Below are positions 18,999 to 28,707 of a stretch of 64,000 nt of DNA, in pieces. Position numbers and translations under genes: made by a program. Numbering within the stretch: position 1 is the stretch's first letter; each line of letters starts with the position of its first letter. The stretch covers positions 32,001 through 96,000 of IMG/VR virus record IMGVR_UViG_3300042923_000502; one strand, 5' to 3'. The notes below the pieces were generated by a model. That model was not told where the DNA came from and made no database searches. It was given only the letters and a program-made list of their open reading frames with translations. The DNA is from a virus.

Positions 18999-19412
18999 AT
19001 GACCATGGCTGAAAATTACATGAGCTATAACCGCAAGGAATTTGAAGATGGTTTATTGGAAATTGCTGGAAACTTTGGTCTTCAAGTTGGCGATTACACG
19101 GAGAAGATGGGCAAAGCAGGAATGGAGGAACGTGTATATGAAGTTACAACATATGATCCAAGAGTTCGTATTCTGATCTATTCCTCAATTGATCCTAGAA
19201 CCAATGTTTCAAGAGAAGTTGGAGGGGATGCAATCAGAATAAACTTCTACTGCAAAGGAAAAGATGGAAAGCTTTATTATAAAAAATTTAAAAAGCATCA
19301 ACGAATTAATACTATGTTCAATAACATCATGAAGTCAGTATCACTTGTAATGTGTGACATGTTGGTGCAAAAGGATATTGAAAAATGGCTTTACGCAGTA
19401 TCTAAAAACTAA
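18999..19412 (+). CDS. Hypothetical protein
   Basis: RBS AAGGAG. Confidence 0.75.
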   Translation: MTMAENYMSYNRKEFEDGLLEIAGNFGLQVGDYTEKMGKAGMEERVYEVTTYDPRVRILIYSSIDPRTNVSREVGGDAIRINFYCKGKDGKLYYKKFKKHQRINTMFNNIMKSVSLVMCDMLVQKDIEKWLYAVSKN

Positions 19413-19417
19413 AAGGA

Positions 19418-19843
19418 GTGAAATTCATGATTAGAAAGTCTATTCATATGGTAGATGAAATATTAGATCAGTCTATTATTCCACTATCTCGTAGAAAGGC
19501 AGATAATAGAAGGGTTATTGATGGTGACTCTATTCGGATGGATTCTCATAGATACTGGACTTTCAAGATGAAAGGTACTCATTGTGTTTGTTGTGGAATT
19601 GAAGGTGTATTCTTTGCAAAGGAAAAACACCTTGAATCAGACAACAGATTCCACTTCAATCTGTATGGATTGGACGAATTCGGCAATGAGGTATTAATGA
19701 CAAAAGATCATATTATGCCCAAGTCTAAAGGCGGCAAAGATCACATCGACAATTATCAGACTATGTGTGTAAGATGTAACGTAGCAAAAGGAGATAAATT
19801 GCCACACGAGTATAACGGAGGTCAGAAAGTAAATTGCAGCTAA
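19418..19843 (+). CDS. HNH endonuclease
   Basis: CxxC ... TKDHIMPKSKGGKDHIDNYQTMCVRCNVAKG. Confidence 0.85.
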   Translation: MKFMIRKSIHMVDEILDQSIIPLSRRKADNRRVIDGDSIRMDSHRYWTFKMKGTHCVCCGIEGVFFAKEKHLESDNRFHFNLYGLDEFGNEVLMTKDHIMPKSKGGKDHIDNYQTMCVRCNVAKGDKLPHEYNGGQKVNCS

Positions 19844-19986
19844 GTGTAACTTATCAATGGAAAGATACATCTAAGATTGTAGAAAGAGAATTTAGCTCAG
19901 ATTATTGGGTTAAATTCTACATAACACATTGGAATGAGATAAACATTTTGAAGATTCACAATAACACATTGTAGGAGGAAAATAAC

Positions 19987-20271
19987 ATGTCAGATAACAT
20001 TAATCAAGATACATTGGACGATGTAACATCATGTGTAACATGCGGAGTAGCGGTATTTGGAGAAGGTCATATAGTGTGTGCATCGTGCAGTGAAGAATTT
20101 AAAAGTGATGATCCGATAACTGCACTTCAAAATAAGTGTGACATGCTAGAAGAAATAGTTGAATCATGTGAAGATCAGATATTTTCTTTGAATAAAACGT
20201 TGGAAATGAGAGATTCTAAGATAGAAAGATTGGAGTCAAAGCTGAAAGAGATTCGTGCATTGACAAAATAA
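19987..20271 (+). CDS. Zn-ribbon plus coiled-coil protein
   Basis: CVTC...CASC; RBS GGAGG. Confidence 0.7.
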   Translation: MSDNINQDTLDDVTSCVTCGVAVFGEGHIVCASCSEEFKSDDPITALQNKCDMLEEIVESCEDQIFSLNKTLEMRDSKIERLESKLKEIRALTK

Positions 20272-20283
20272 TAAGTCAAGGGA

Positions 20284-20691
20284 GTGAATTATATGTCAAA
20301 ATTTGACAAAGGTGATATTTGCGTCTCTGTTTATGTAAATAAATTTATTGTGGGCAAGGTTGATTATGTAGAATTTGATGCAGAAGATGAAGAATTAAAT
20401 ACTGTTCACTATACTGATGCACAAGGAAAGTCTTGGGTTGGATTCCAAAATCACTTGTTTACATTTGATCAAGCTATGAAAGAAGTAAAAAAATGGATAA
20501 AAATCGGTGAAGAGATAGACTCAATAAGAGTAAAAAAGTCTGTGCAAAGTATTATTAAAACTTTGGAAGAAGACGGAAAAGTTATCGTAACGTCTGGTGA
20601 ATATGAAGCGATTAAAGAATATGTAAAGGATTGCATTGTTATCCCTCTGCCTAATGACAAGGTAGCAATTGAATTAGATATTAAGGAGTGA
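20284..20691 (+). CDS. Hypothetical protein
   Basis: RBS GGGAGTG. Confidence 0.75.
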   Translation: MNYMSKFDKGDICVSVYVNKFIVGKVDYVEFDAEDEELNTVHYTDAQGKSWVGFQNHLFTFDQAMKEVKKWIKIGEEIDSIRVKKSVQSIIKTLEEDGKVIVTSGEYEAIKEYVKDCIVIPLPNDKVAIELDIKE

Positions 20692-20866
20692 GTGAAATGA
20701 AGAAAATCACTCCTGAAATGATTTATTTGATGAACATGTTCTCTAAGCTTAACAATGGCAAGAAGCTTACAAAGAAAGAGAAAAAGAGAATCAAGAAAAT
20801 TTCAGACAAGAAAAATAATAACACATAGATAAAACACATCTTTTATCTACAGAGAGGAAGAATGAA

Positions 20867-21193
20867 ATGTTAAAAGAAACATGGAAAATTGAACCAGCAA
20901 TAGACGTTTTTGATGATACTAGATGGATATTTCAACAAAAAACAAACTCAGATGTTATGATTTTGGTTGTCGCACCTACAGAATCGGAAGCTTGGGAAAA
21001 GCTAGGTGGATTATTGGGTAAGGAAGACAAGGGAAAAGTTGAGACAGAAGTTTTTGAAGGTGTCGTAAGTGTATATAATAGGCATGGTTACACCAATGCC
21101 GATATTAGTCTGTTCGTAGCTAAAGAGCCTTTGAATTCCCTTAAAAAATATGATGGTCAAACAGTTGAAGTGGAAATCAGAATTCAGCCATAG
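20867..21193 (+). CDS. Hypothetical protein, paralog of 26925-27251
   Basis: Shared EAWxKLG, TEVFEG, QTVEVxxRIxP. Confidence 0.8.
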   Translation: MLKETWKIEPAIDVFDDTRWIFQQKTNSDVMILVVAPTESEAWEKLGGLLGKEDKGKVETEVFEGVVSVYNRHGYTNADISLFVAKEPLNSLKKYDGQTVEVEIRIQP

Positions 21194-21232
21194 ATAAAAT
21201 CCGAGTTTTATCTACTCATGGAGGTAGTAAAA

Positions 21233-21715
21233 ATGACAAACAATACTAAATTTGATAGACTTGAAATGAAAATTGAAGATATACTCAAACTTGCCTACGA
21301 TAGCGAGGAAGAGGTGTACAGCTTTGGGGAATTGTACATGTTTAACATGATTCAAAATTTGCATGATGAATTATCTGATCAAAATTTTGAATCTCTTAAA
21401 CAATTAAAGGCAAGGAGTTATGTTAAAGATTATTGCAGAGATAGCAGATCAAGAGAGTTATACGTTATGCTCTATAAAAATAGACCGTTTGCAATGTATC
21501 AATATATTGGCAGGGGTAGTGCTGAAAACGAAGAAATCTTTGACAAGGAAGTTTACAGCGAATTTGTTAAAGATTATATTGAAGAATATCTTGAAAAATC
21601 TCAATTTGTCGAGAAATGTTCTCAAGTTGATTCTATTTATACCATTGAAAATTACAATATGGCTTACTTCGAAATAGTTGATAATCAAATTTATGCAAAA
21701 CCTTGGAAGGAGTAA
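21233..21715 (+). CDS. Hypothetical protein
   Basis: RBS GGAGG. Confidence 0.75.
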   Translation: MTNNTKFDRLEMKIEDILKLAYDSEEEVYSFGELYMFNMIQNLHDELSDQNFESLKQLKARSYVKDYCRDSRSRELYVMLYKNRPFAMYQYIGRGSAENEEIFDKEVYSEFVKDYIEEYLEKSQFVEKCSQVDSIYTIENYNMAYFEIVDNQIYAKPWKE

Positions 21716-21719
21716 TAAC

Positions 21720-21920
21720 ATGATATTACGTGCCAAGAAAATGAAAAGTATTCACGTAGCACCTCATACAAAATACGGTCATTATTGTGATAAAGCGCGG
21801 CGAATGAGGGTAGAACCTGCAACGTTTGCAATATTCAAGAAAGAGTATGATAAAGACATATATGCTTCTATGCGTTCTATTGTATATAAACTTGAACATG
21901 ATAAACAGAAAGGAGCATGA
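21720..21920 (+). CDS. Hypothetical protein
   Basis: RBS AAGGAG. Confidence 0.65.
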   Translation: MILRAKKMKSIHVAPHTKYGHYCDKARRMRVEPATFAIFKKEYDKDIYASMRSIVYKLEHDKQKGA

Positions 21921-21923
21921 CAC

Positions 21924-22220
21924 ATGAACAAAGACAACGGTGTGACAACGATTCAAGCGGCAAGAGCGCTGTTTGATTTATTTTATAGACCAAACACATT
22001 TATCTATACCAAGCTTCAACTAAAATGTTGGATCAATCATTCGGAAAGCAGAAACAACAATGGCAATCCACCTTTCACATTTGGCAATTATTGCATTCAC
22101 ATGAGAGACATTGACATATTGGAACAAGTCAATCTTGATATGATCAACTGCGACGATATCGGCGGTAAAGAAGCGGTAATAAAGTATCTTGAGGGAAAGA
22201 TGTACGATGACAACAATTAA
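21924..22220 (+). CDS. Hypothetical protein
   Basis: RBS AAGGAG. Confidence 0.7.
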   Translation: MNKDNGVTTIQAARALFDLFYRPNTFIYTKLQLKCWINHSESRNNNGNPPFTFGNYCIHMRDIDILEQVNLDMINCDDIGGKEAVIKYLEGKMYDDNN

Positions 22221-22313
22221 CTTGTAAAGGAAGTCAGAATATGCTTTCATGTTTTATGCTTTTAGCAATTGGAATATTGGCAGATTATATCGTTGCGAAA
22301 GGGGAAACTAAAT

Positions 22314-22487
22314 ATGATTAATCGTATCAAGTATCTGTATTATAGGTATCAATATAAGAGGTTTTTGAACAAGGAAATTGTTGATAAAACTCAGCAAAAA
22401 TACTGGTACTATTGGAATAAATGTCACGAATTAGGGAAAGGTGACGAAGTTAGAAGAATGATGTTGATTGCCATTAATAAAAGATAA
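22314..22487 (+). CDS. Hypothetical protein
   Basis: RBS AAGGGGA. Confidence 0.6.
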   Translation: MINRIKYLYYRYQYKRFLNKEIVDKTQQKYWYYWNKCHELGKGDEVRRMMLIAINKR

Positions 22488-22512
22488 AGTGAAAAATAAA
22501 TTTACCAGTTTT

Positions 22513-22541
22513 TTGACATCCCCGATTCGTTGGTATATACT
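22513..22541 (+). promoter_or_regulatory. sigmaA promoter
   Basis: TTGACA-17bp-TATACT. Confidence 0.75.
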
Positions 22542-22575
22542 TGTGTAAGTTAGATCAATCGAAGGGGATGTTAAA

Positions 22576-22797
22576 ATGCCAACTAAATACTACAAAATTA
22601 CGACAAGCATTTTAAAAGGGAAGAAGTATTTTGGTCTGTTTGTGTCGAATGATAGTGAATTTGCATGTGACTTAGGAAGTTTTGTAAGAGGTTGGGAAGC
22701 TGATAAATTTGAAAAGCTTTCTGATGAAGAAAGAGTCGATTTTGAAAAGGGATTGCGTAGGGATGTTTCAGGTGCGGGGTACTCCGAAGTTAAATGA
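22576..22797 (+). CDS. Hypothetical protein in a self-contained promoter-gene-terminator unit
   Basis: RBS GAAGGGGA. Confidence 0.75.
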   Translation: MPTKYYKITTSILKGKKYFGLFVSNDSEFACDLGSFVRGWEADKFEKLSDEERVDFEKGLRRDVSGAGYSEVK

Positions 22798-22812
22798 TTT
22801 GTGTGAATATAG

Positions 22813-22845
22813 AAACAGGCTCTCATGTGGGAGCCTGTTTTTGTT
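22813..22845 (+). terminator. Rho-independent terminator
   Basis: AAACAGGCTCTC-ATGT-GGGAGCCTGTTT followed by T-rich tail. Confidence 0.75.
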
Positions 22846-22869
22846 ATCTACACAAAAAGGAGTGATGAT

Positions 22870-23334
22870 ATGAATGCTTTTGAAGAATTAGAACATTCCA
22901 GAGTAGTTAATGAATTAATGGAAATTCAGGATAAGCTTAAAAATTCATTCTTCATAGAGCATGATGTTATTAAGTGGAATTATGAAAAGGCAAAGAACGA
23001 TGGCAGAGAAAGAGAATCAATGGTTTGGCGTGAACTCATGATTGCGTCATGTAAAGGTCATGAATATGAAGATAGCTTTGATGATCTTGGCAATTATCAG
23101 GGATGTATCTGCATTCATTGTACCGCTAACATTGACATGAGTGAGAGCGAACAAGTGGCTCTTATTGTGAAAAAGAATTGTGAAACATGTATATTCAGAG
23201 GTGGTGCTAACCTGAATGAACTTTTTTGCAATCATCCGACCATTGATACACTTGATAAGAATCAGATTGATGAATGGATGAACAAGTATTTTGAGGACAG
23301 TAAAAATTGCATACATTGGAAAGGTAAAATATAG
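22870..23334 (+). CDS. Cys-rich hypothetical protein
   Basis: CIHC, CETC; RBS AAGGAGTG. Confidence 0.75.
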   Translation: MNAFEELEHSRVVNELMEIQDKLKNSFFIEHDVIKWNYEKAKNDGRERESMVWRELMIASCKGHEYEDSFDDLGNYQGCICIHCTANIDMSESEQVALIVKKNCETCIFRGGANLNELFCNHPTIDTLDKNQIDEWMNKYFEDSKNCIHWKGKI

Positions 23335-23336
23335 TG

Positions 23337-23640
23337 TTGCAATTCTATGTAGTGTATGATAAGATGGTGTTAGTGAAAGATAAAACAAAAATAAGGAGTG
23401 ATTAAAAGTGGTTAAAATGTTCCTGCAATTAAAAGCTTGCTCCGAAAAGTGATTGACTTGTTATTTCTTATATGGTAATATAGGTACAACTTGGCAAATT
23501 GCTAAAAGTCACCAGAGTTTAGGCAGAAGAATAAAAAAATATTTTTCAAAAACAAGGTTTAACTTTTGGAAAATGTGATTATAATTAAGGTAAGAAGAGT
23601 TGAAAAACACGTTGACTTCATTAATCGAAAGTGATATGAT
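23337..23640 (+). promoter_or_regulatory. Tandem sigmaA promoters upstream of the DUF262 gene
   Basis: TTGCAA-17-TAAGAT 23337; TTGACT-17-TAATAT 23453; TTTAAC-16-TATAAT 23558; TTGACT-17-TATGAT 23612. Confidence 0.6.
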
Positions 23641-23700
23641 GGAGTCAACAAATTAAACAAGTAGAACAAAAAACTAAAATTTGAAGGGAAAGTGATTAGT

Positions 23701-25194
23701 ATGGCGGCAAGAGGAAATAGAAACCCTAAAAAAGATGTAGTTCCGGCAACTCAAGGCACAAGCGCACTCGCTGTGCTTAACAATGAAGACGAACAAGCGC
23801 TTGATCTTGATATTTTCCACAAGCTTATGACAATCCGTTCTATTCAAGAGCAAAAGCGCATGATTCGCTTTGACTTGGCGATTCAACGTAATGAAGTATG
23901 GAAAGAAAACAAAAACGGCGTGTTCCAACAATCATTGCTGATCGACTCCGTACTTCGCAAATATCCGATTGGTCAAGTGTTTGTCATCCAAATGGGAGAC
24001 GAATTCATGTGGATGGCTGACGGTAAGCAACGTTGGACAACAATCTTCAAATACCTTGACAACGGTTTTCCACTTGCTAAGGGAACTCGTCCCGTCAAAG
24101 CTAAAGACCCGGAAACAGGCGAAGTAAGAATGTACAACATTGAGGGCAAGTTTTTCAAGGACTTGGATAAAGTTCTTCAAAACAAAATCCTCAACTATGA
24201 AATGGATGTTAAGCATTTGACGAATGCTACACCAGCGGAAATCGAAGAAATCTTCTTGCGTCTTAACAATGGTACTCCATTGACCAAGATTGAATTGACT
24301 CGCGTAGAGCTTGGTGAAGAAAATATGGTCAAAGTTGCGAAGATTGCCGACAAGCCATTCTTCAAAGCATTGACCGCAATTTCTGCCGACTCCCGCAATC
24401 GTTTCATTGACCATGAAATGATCTTGCAAACACTTATGATCATTTCTGGAAGAGATACCGACATTTCCGGCAATGAGATTAGAGAATTTGCAAAAGTCGT
24501 CAAGACAAACGGACTTTCCGATGATGTTGTTGAATTGATGATCAAAGTTGCTGACTTCCTTGAAGCTGCATTTAGCCAATTCATTGCTATCAAAGACGGA
24601 AAACCGGATATGAAGATTTTGAAACAAATTCTCAAGAAGGTTCATGTGCCGATTGTGGTCAATACGGCGGTTGAAACAATTTATCGTGAAGGTCAAGAAA
24701 TTGAAGCAGAAGTGTTTGGATTGTGGGCAAAAGACTTCCTTTATGATAGATACAAAACGGGTTCAACCTATGGTCGTGCTTGCGCAGGTGGTTCCGCTAA
24801 GAAGGACAATGTTAAAACTCGTATCAAAGAAATGAGAGCGGATTTTAACAAGCACATTGAAAAAATCAAACAAACGTATGAAGAAAATGCGGATATCCGC
24901 GAACAAATCAAGAAAGAACGCGAAGAAGCGGAAGCCGCAGAAAAGCTTCGCTTGGAAGAAGAAGCGCGTAATGCTGCGGAAAATAATGGTGAGGGCAATG
25001 ACGACAAAGGCAATGATGCCGATGATGTAGTAAACGAAGAAAATAATACACCAGAAGAACCTTCCGGCGACGACTCCGATAAAGATAAAGGCGAAGAAGT
25101 CAATGACTCTGATTCGGATGACAAAGACAAGGTTGAACCGGAAGACAAGGGTTCGGAAGATGATAAGCCGGAAGATGGCAAGGAAGAAGAATAA
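23701..25194 (+). CDS. DUF262 (ParB/Srx-like, GmrS-type) domain protein with acidic C-terminal tail
   Basis: IQRNEVW, LIDSVLRKYPI, DGKQR, IFLRLNNG; last ~75 aa D/E/N/K-rich. Confidence 0.85.
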   Translation: MAARGNRNPKKDVVPATQGTSALAVLNNEDEQALDLDIFHKLMTIRSIQEQKRMIRFDLAIQRNEVWKENKNGVFQQSLLIDSVLRKYPIGQVFVIQMGDEFMWMADGKQRWTTIFKYLDNGFPLAKGTRPVKAKDPETGEVRMYNIEGKFFKDLDKVLQNKILNYEMDVKHLTNATPAEIEEIFLRLNNGTPLTKIELTRVELGEENMVKVAKIADKPFFKALTAISADSRNRFIDHEMILQTLMIISGRDTDISGNEIREFAKVVKTNGLSDDVVELMIKVADFLEAAFSQFIAIKDGKPDMKILKQILKKVHVPIVVNTAVETIYREGQEIEAEVFGLWAKDFLYDRYKTGSTYGRACAGGSAKKDNVKTRIKEMRADFNKHIEKIKQTYEENADIREQIKKEREEAEAAEKLRLEEEARNAAENNGEGNDDKGNDADDVVNEENNTPEEPSGDDSDKDKGEEVNDSDSDDKDKVEPEDKGSEDDKPEDGKEEE

Positions 25195-25206
25195 GCTATA
25201 AGCTAA

Positions 25207-25245
25207 AAAGCGCCATATAGAAATATGTGGCGCTTTCTATTCTTT
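25207..25245 (+). terminator. Rho-independent terminator
   Basis: AAAGCGCCATATA-GAAA-TATGTGGCGCTTT. Confidence 0.75.
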
Positions 25246-25326
25246 AGTATAGTTTCCCTTGACTTTTTGATCTAAGTGAAATTATACTAAGTAATAGATA
25301 AAATGAAAATGAAGGGATTTGACATA

Positions 25327-26022
25327 ATGAAAAAAGAGTCAATCAAAGAAAGCATCCGAAAGTTGCTTGTAAAAGCAGGAGATAGTGGAGCTACACTTGC
25401 GGAGAAAGATGAAGCATATCTGATGGCTCAACGTTTGATGTTGAAGCACAAGATTGATAAAGGTGAGCTAGATGAAAAGACAAGTGCTCAAAAGAGATTA
25501 GAGGAGATATATCACAAGCCAGTGACAGACTATATAACCCTTAATTTTTGGCATAGAGGATTGGCGAGAATTATTTCCAAAAACTTTAAATGCCTACACT
25601 ATATTGATTATTGGCAGGGTGCATGGAATTCCAAAGATGCCAATAAGAAAAGATTGATGATGTTTGGTATAGTAGAGGATGTAGAGATTGCCGCAGATGT
25701 TTATGAGAGTGCATTTAAAGCTATCGAAACACATTCCAAAGATTACATCAACTCTAGAGAAGATGTACCTAAACACTTGAGAACAGGAGTAAAAAATGAC
25801 TTCATTCAAGGATATCTTGACGGACTCGCTGCTAAATTTGAAGATCAAGTTGCCAAGTATCAATTGGTTATTGCGGTGAATGCATTGGTAAAGAAGGAAC
25901 ATGATGACATGGGATTTGGGAAAGCAAGGGCAGCAACAAGATCAAGCGCTCATGATGCTCATGCTACAACTAGCGGATACATTAAAGGAAGAAGCTTTGC
26001 AAGTGGAGAATTAATCAAGTAG
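25327..26022 (+). CDS. DUF2786 domain protein
   Basis: IRKLL.KA...EKDEAYLMAQRLMLKH N-terminus; FIQGYLDGL. Confidence 0.8.
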   Translation: MKKESIKESIRKLLVKAGDSGATLAEKDEAYLMAQRLMLKHKIDKGELDEKTSAQKRLEEIYHKPVTDYITLNFWHRGLARIISKNFKCLHYIDYWQGAWNSKDANKKRLMMFGIVEDVEIAADVYESAFKAIETHSKDYINSREDVPKHLRTGVKNDFIQGYLDGLAAKFEDQVAKYQLVIAVNALVKKEHDDMGFGKARAATRSSAHDAHATTSGYIKGRSFASGELIK

Positions 26023-26149
26023 TTCTCCACTCTACTTTACTAAAGGAAGTGATAACATGAAATTTGTAGGTGGAGCTATTGTAGTCATTGCATTTGTTTT
26101 GTTGGCGATTATCACAAAATAGACATAAACAAAAGGGTGTGTAAAAGCA

Positions 26150-26359
26150 ATGGTAAGGCTAAATGTGCCAAAAGATGAATCTTTAGAAGTTGTTCTTAGG
26201 AAATTTGAAAAGTCGAAAAAGGGACAGCATGATTACATGGAGTTGTTTGTAGTGTTTTTTCGTTGCATTAGACCTGACAATGGCTTGACTTGGGAGAGAA
26301 TCGAAGAGATTATTGTAAAAGTTCTGAGTGAAAGAGAGGTCAAGTCCGATGATAACTAA
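26150..26359 (+). CDS. Hypothetical protein
   Basis: ORF in operon. Confidence 0.6.
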   Translation: MVRLNVPKDESLEVVLRKFEKSKKGQHDYMELFVVFFRCIRPDNGLTWERIEEIIVKVLSEREVKSDDN

Positions 26360-26903
26360 GGTTGTAGCAGCATATGGCAGAATGTTGACTCTTACATGTG
26401 ACAATAATTGTGAAAAAGCTTTTGGAATACGAGAAAGACCATATATTCAGTTAGATGGCAATGTTGACAATATCGCTTGGTTATCTGATGATGAAGTTGG
26501 AATTGCTCCGATTGATCCAGGCACAGATGAAGGTGGTCATAGGAAGCCAACATGTGAAAAAGAAAAGTTGAATAAATGGTGCTTTCGTCAGTGTGAAAGA
26601 TGCAGTGAATTCAATCAAGGCGAAGAAGTTATTGTTAAAAGTTTCGACAAAAGAGTTTACAACATTGACAACAATGTAAATAAGATCATGTCCCTATTGG
26701 AAACCTACGACAAAATATTTATTGGAGAATCAGATAACAGGGACGAAGAATTGAAAAAGGAATCAGAACGTATTACTCCTGAATTCAAGTCTTTGATTGA
26801 AAACATGACTCTTGATGAATTAAAAGCACTTCTTCAAAGCGATTTAAAGACAACATATTTCAAGTTTCGCATATTTTGTCAGGCAAAGGAATTAGGTCTT
26901 TAA
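26349..26903 (+). CDS. Hypothetical protein
   Basis: RBS GAGG; CDNNCEKAFG...NKWCFRQCERC. Confidence 0.75.
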   Translation: MITKVVAAYGRMLTLTCDNNCEKAFGIRERPYIQLDGNVDNIAWLSDDEVGIAPIDPGTDEGGHRKPTCEKEKLNKWCFRQCERCSEFNQGEEVIVKSFDKRVYNIDNNVNKIMSLLETYDKIFIGESDNRDEELKKESERITPEFKSLIENMTLDELKALLQSDLKTTYFKFRIFCQAKELGL

Positions 26904-26924
26904 TAATTTAAAGGAGAGAATGAA

Positions 26925-27251
26925 ATGCTAAAAGATCAATGGACTATTGAACGTTGTGGAACATATGCCGACAAAAATACATTGTGGCATTTTACTTCAA
27001 AGGAAAATGAATCAGTTTCTCTTTTTCTTAGGGCTATTGATGAAGACGAAGCATGGATTAAACTGGGCAAGATAGTTGGTCAGGAGAATGAAGACGTTGA
27101 TACAGAGGTTTTTGAGGGCAAGATAATCCTAAGAGATATATACGATTTGGTTTTCGTAGATAACTACGAAAATGGTCAGCAAACTTTACACAAACACCTT
27201 ATTGAACAAGGGAATCAAACGGTTGAGGTTTCAGTGAGAATTAAGCCATAG
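26925..27251 (+). CDS. Hypothetical protein, paralog of 20867-21193
   Basis: Same 108-aa length and shared motifs. Confidence 0.8.
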   Translation: MLKDQWTIERCGTYADKNTLWHFTSKENESVSLFLRAIDEDEAWIKLGKIVGQENEDVDTEVFEGKIILRDIYDLVFVDNYENGQQTLHKHLIEQGNQTVEVSVRIKP

Positions 27252-27289
27252 ATAAAAGCTTACTTTTATCTACAAGGAGATGGTGAATA

Positions 27290-27733
27290 ATGGGCAGAGT
27301 GTGGAGAGCGAAGGGTGGCAGGAAGTTAAGAAAATATTCAAAACCGGAAGAAAGAATAATAAAGCAAATTAAAAACACTAGACCTAATATTTGTTATTTT
27401 TGTGATAAGCTGATTGAAGAAGATGAAGACTTGACTATTGATCATCTTCATCCTTATGATGGCACTAACACGACAGAGGAAAACTGTGTAATCTCTTGTA
27501 AGTCATGTAATAATGAAAAAGGTGCAATGAATGAAGAAGAATATATTTTATTCAAATCTTACAAATCAAACATGTCAAGGAAAACGACTGGATTTATTTT
27601 AGCAGAGCAAGAAAGGGTAGTTAATGAACTAAAAAAACGAAACAGAAAGAACAATCTTGCATTGGATGAAGACAATATGCTATTGATGTATAAGGCAAAA
27701 GCAATTAACATACTATTAAAGGAGAGACAATAA
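27290..27733 (+). CDS. HNH endonuclease
   Basis: CYFC...LTIDHLHP...NCVISCKSCNNEKG. Confidence 0.85.
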   Translation: MGRVWRAKGGRKLRKYSKPEERIIKQIKNTRPNICYFCDKLIEEDEDLTIDHLHPYDGTNTTEENCVISCKSCNNEKGAMNEEEYILFKSYKSNMSRKTTGFILAEQERVVNELKKRNRKNNLALDEDNMLLMYKAKAINILLKERQ

Positions 27734-27734
27734 T

Positions 27735-27995
27735 ATGCATTCATTTCACGGTAAAACGGCTAATTTTCACTTTGATGGAGATATGGGCGGCGATCTGATT
27801 ATTATGCCAAAGAAGGAAAATGGAAATCCTTTACTAGATAAAGATGGAGAGTTGGTAGAGGTTAGAATTGATGCAGAAGATATATTGAAGCTTGTTGCTT
27901 ATCATTATGTGTTGCCGGAAGCTATTGGCAATCTTGAAAACATGGATCATCTGAAACTCCTGAATATACTTAGAACAAATCCGATTGACAAATAA
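27735..27995 (+). CDS. Hypothetical protein
   Basis: RBS AAGGAG. Confidence 0.7.
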   Translation: MHSFHGKTANFHFDGDMGGDLIIMPKKENGNPLLDKDGELVEVRIDAEDILKLVAYHYVLPEAIGNLENMDHLKLLNILRTNPIDK

Positions 27996-28043
27996 TTCTA
28001 ACCCGATGTAATATAAAATAAAATTCAATAAGGCGGTGTACCA

Positions 28044-28343
28044 ATGGATAGAAGAGTTATCGTGTTAACTCCTAGTGAGTGGGAAGATCGCAAGCCATTG
28101 TCCAAATGCTTATCAGATGCCTATCAGGAATTGCACTATGCTAAAACCTTTGATGCCGTTATAGATGCAAAACTAATTGACTTGTGCCGCGAAGACAAGT
28201 CAAAGGAAGATTTAGAATTGATTGTAGATGAAATAAAGGAAATGAGAAAAGGCATGATGAAGCATATTCATGCATCTCAAGCAATTGTTGGTTCGGTTTC
28301 TACCGTGATTGACTATAAGGAAAGACAAGGAACAGTCTCCTAA
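28044..28343 (+). CDS. Hypothetical protein
   Basis: RBS AGGCGG. Confidence 0.7.
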   Translation: MDRRVIVLTPSEWEDRKPLSKCLSDAYQELHYAKTFDAVIDAKLIDLCREDKSKEDLELIVDEIKEMRKGMMKHIHASQAIVGSVSTVIDYKERQGTVS

Positions 28344-28360
28344 GACTGTTCCCTTTTTTT
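28329..28360 (+). terminator. Rho-independent terminator
   Basis: GGAACAGTCT-CCTA-AGACTGTTCC followed by T7. Confidence 0.8.
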
Positions 28361-28529
28361 GTTGATAGCCAATCAAAAACGGACAAGCAAAAAATAAAAT
28401 CATAAATGTTTCTAAAACGTGGATAGTCTAAACATCGTATCTGACAAGTATTCTCGGTTCAATAAAATGTCCTTTTTATCAAAAAATGCAGAATTGACCC
28501 AACTAATTCCACATTTTAGGTAAAAAATG

Positions 28530-28558
28530 TTGACTTGAGGATAAATGCAATATATAAT
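28530..28558 (+). promoter_or_regulatory. sigmaA promoter of the yopQ/mrpR-like operon
   Basis: TTGACT-17-TATAAT. Confidence 0.75.
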
Positions 28559-28707
28559 GAAAACACGGAAACAAATTAGTTGTGCGCAATTTATTTATGA
28601 ATCGGCTTAATAAAATTTGATTAAAGTTGGCATGTTTTGGGTAAGATAATCATAGTAGTAAGTGTGCGGGATAAATAAAAGAATAAATGGAAAGAAGGGA
28701 CAAGCAA

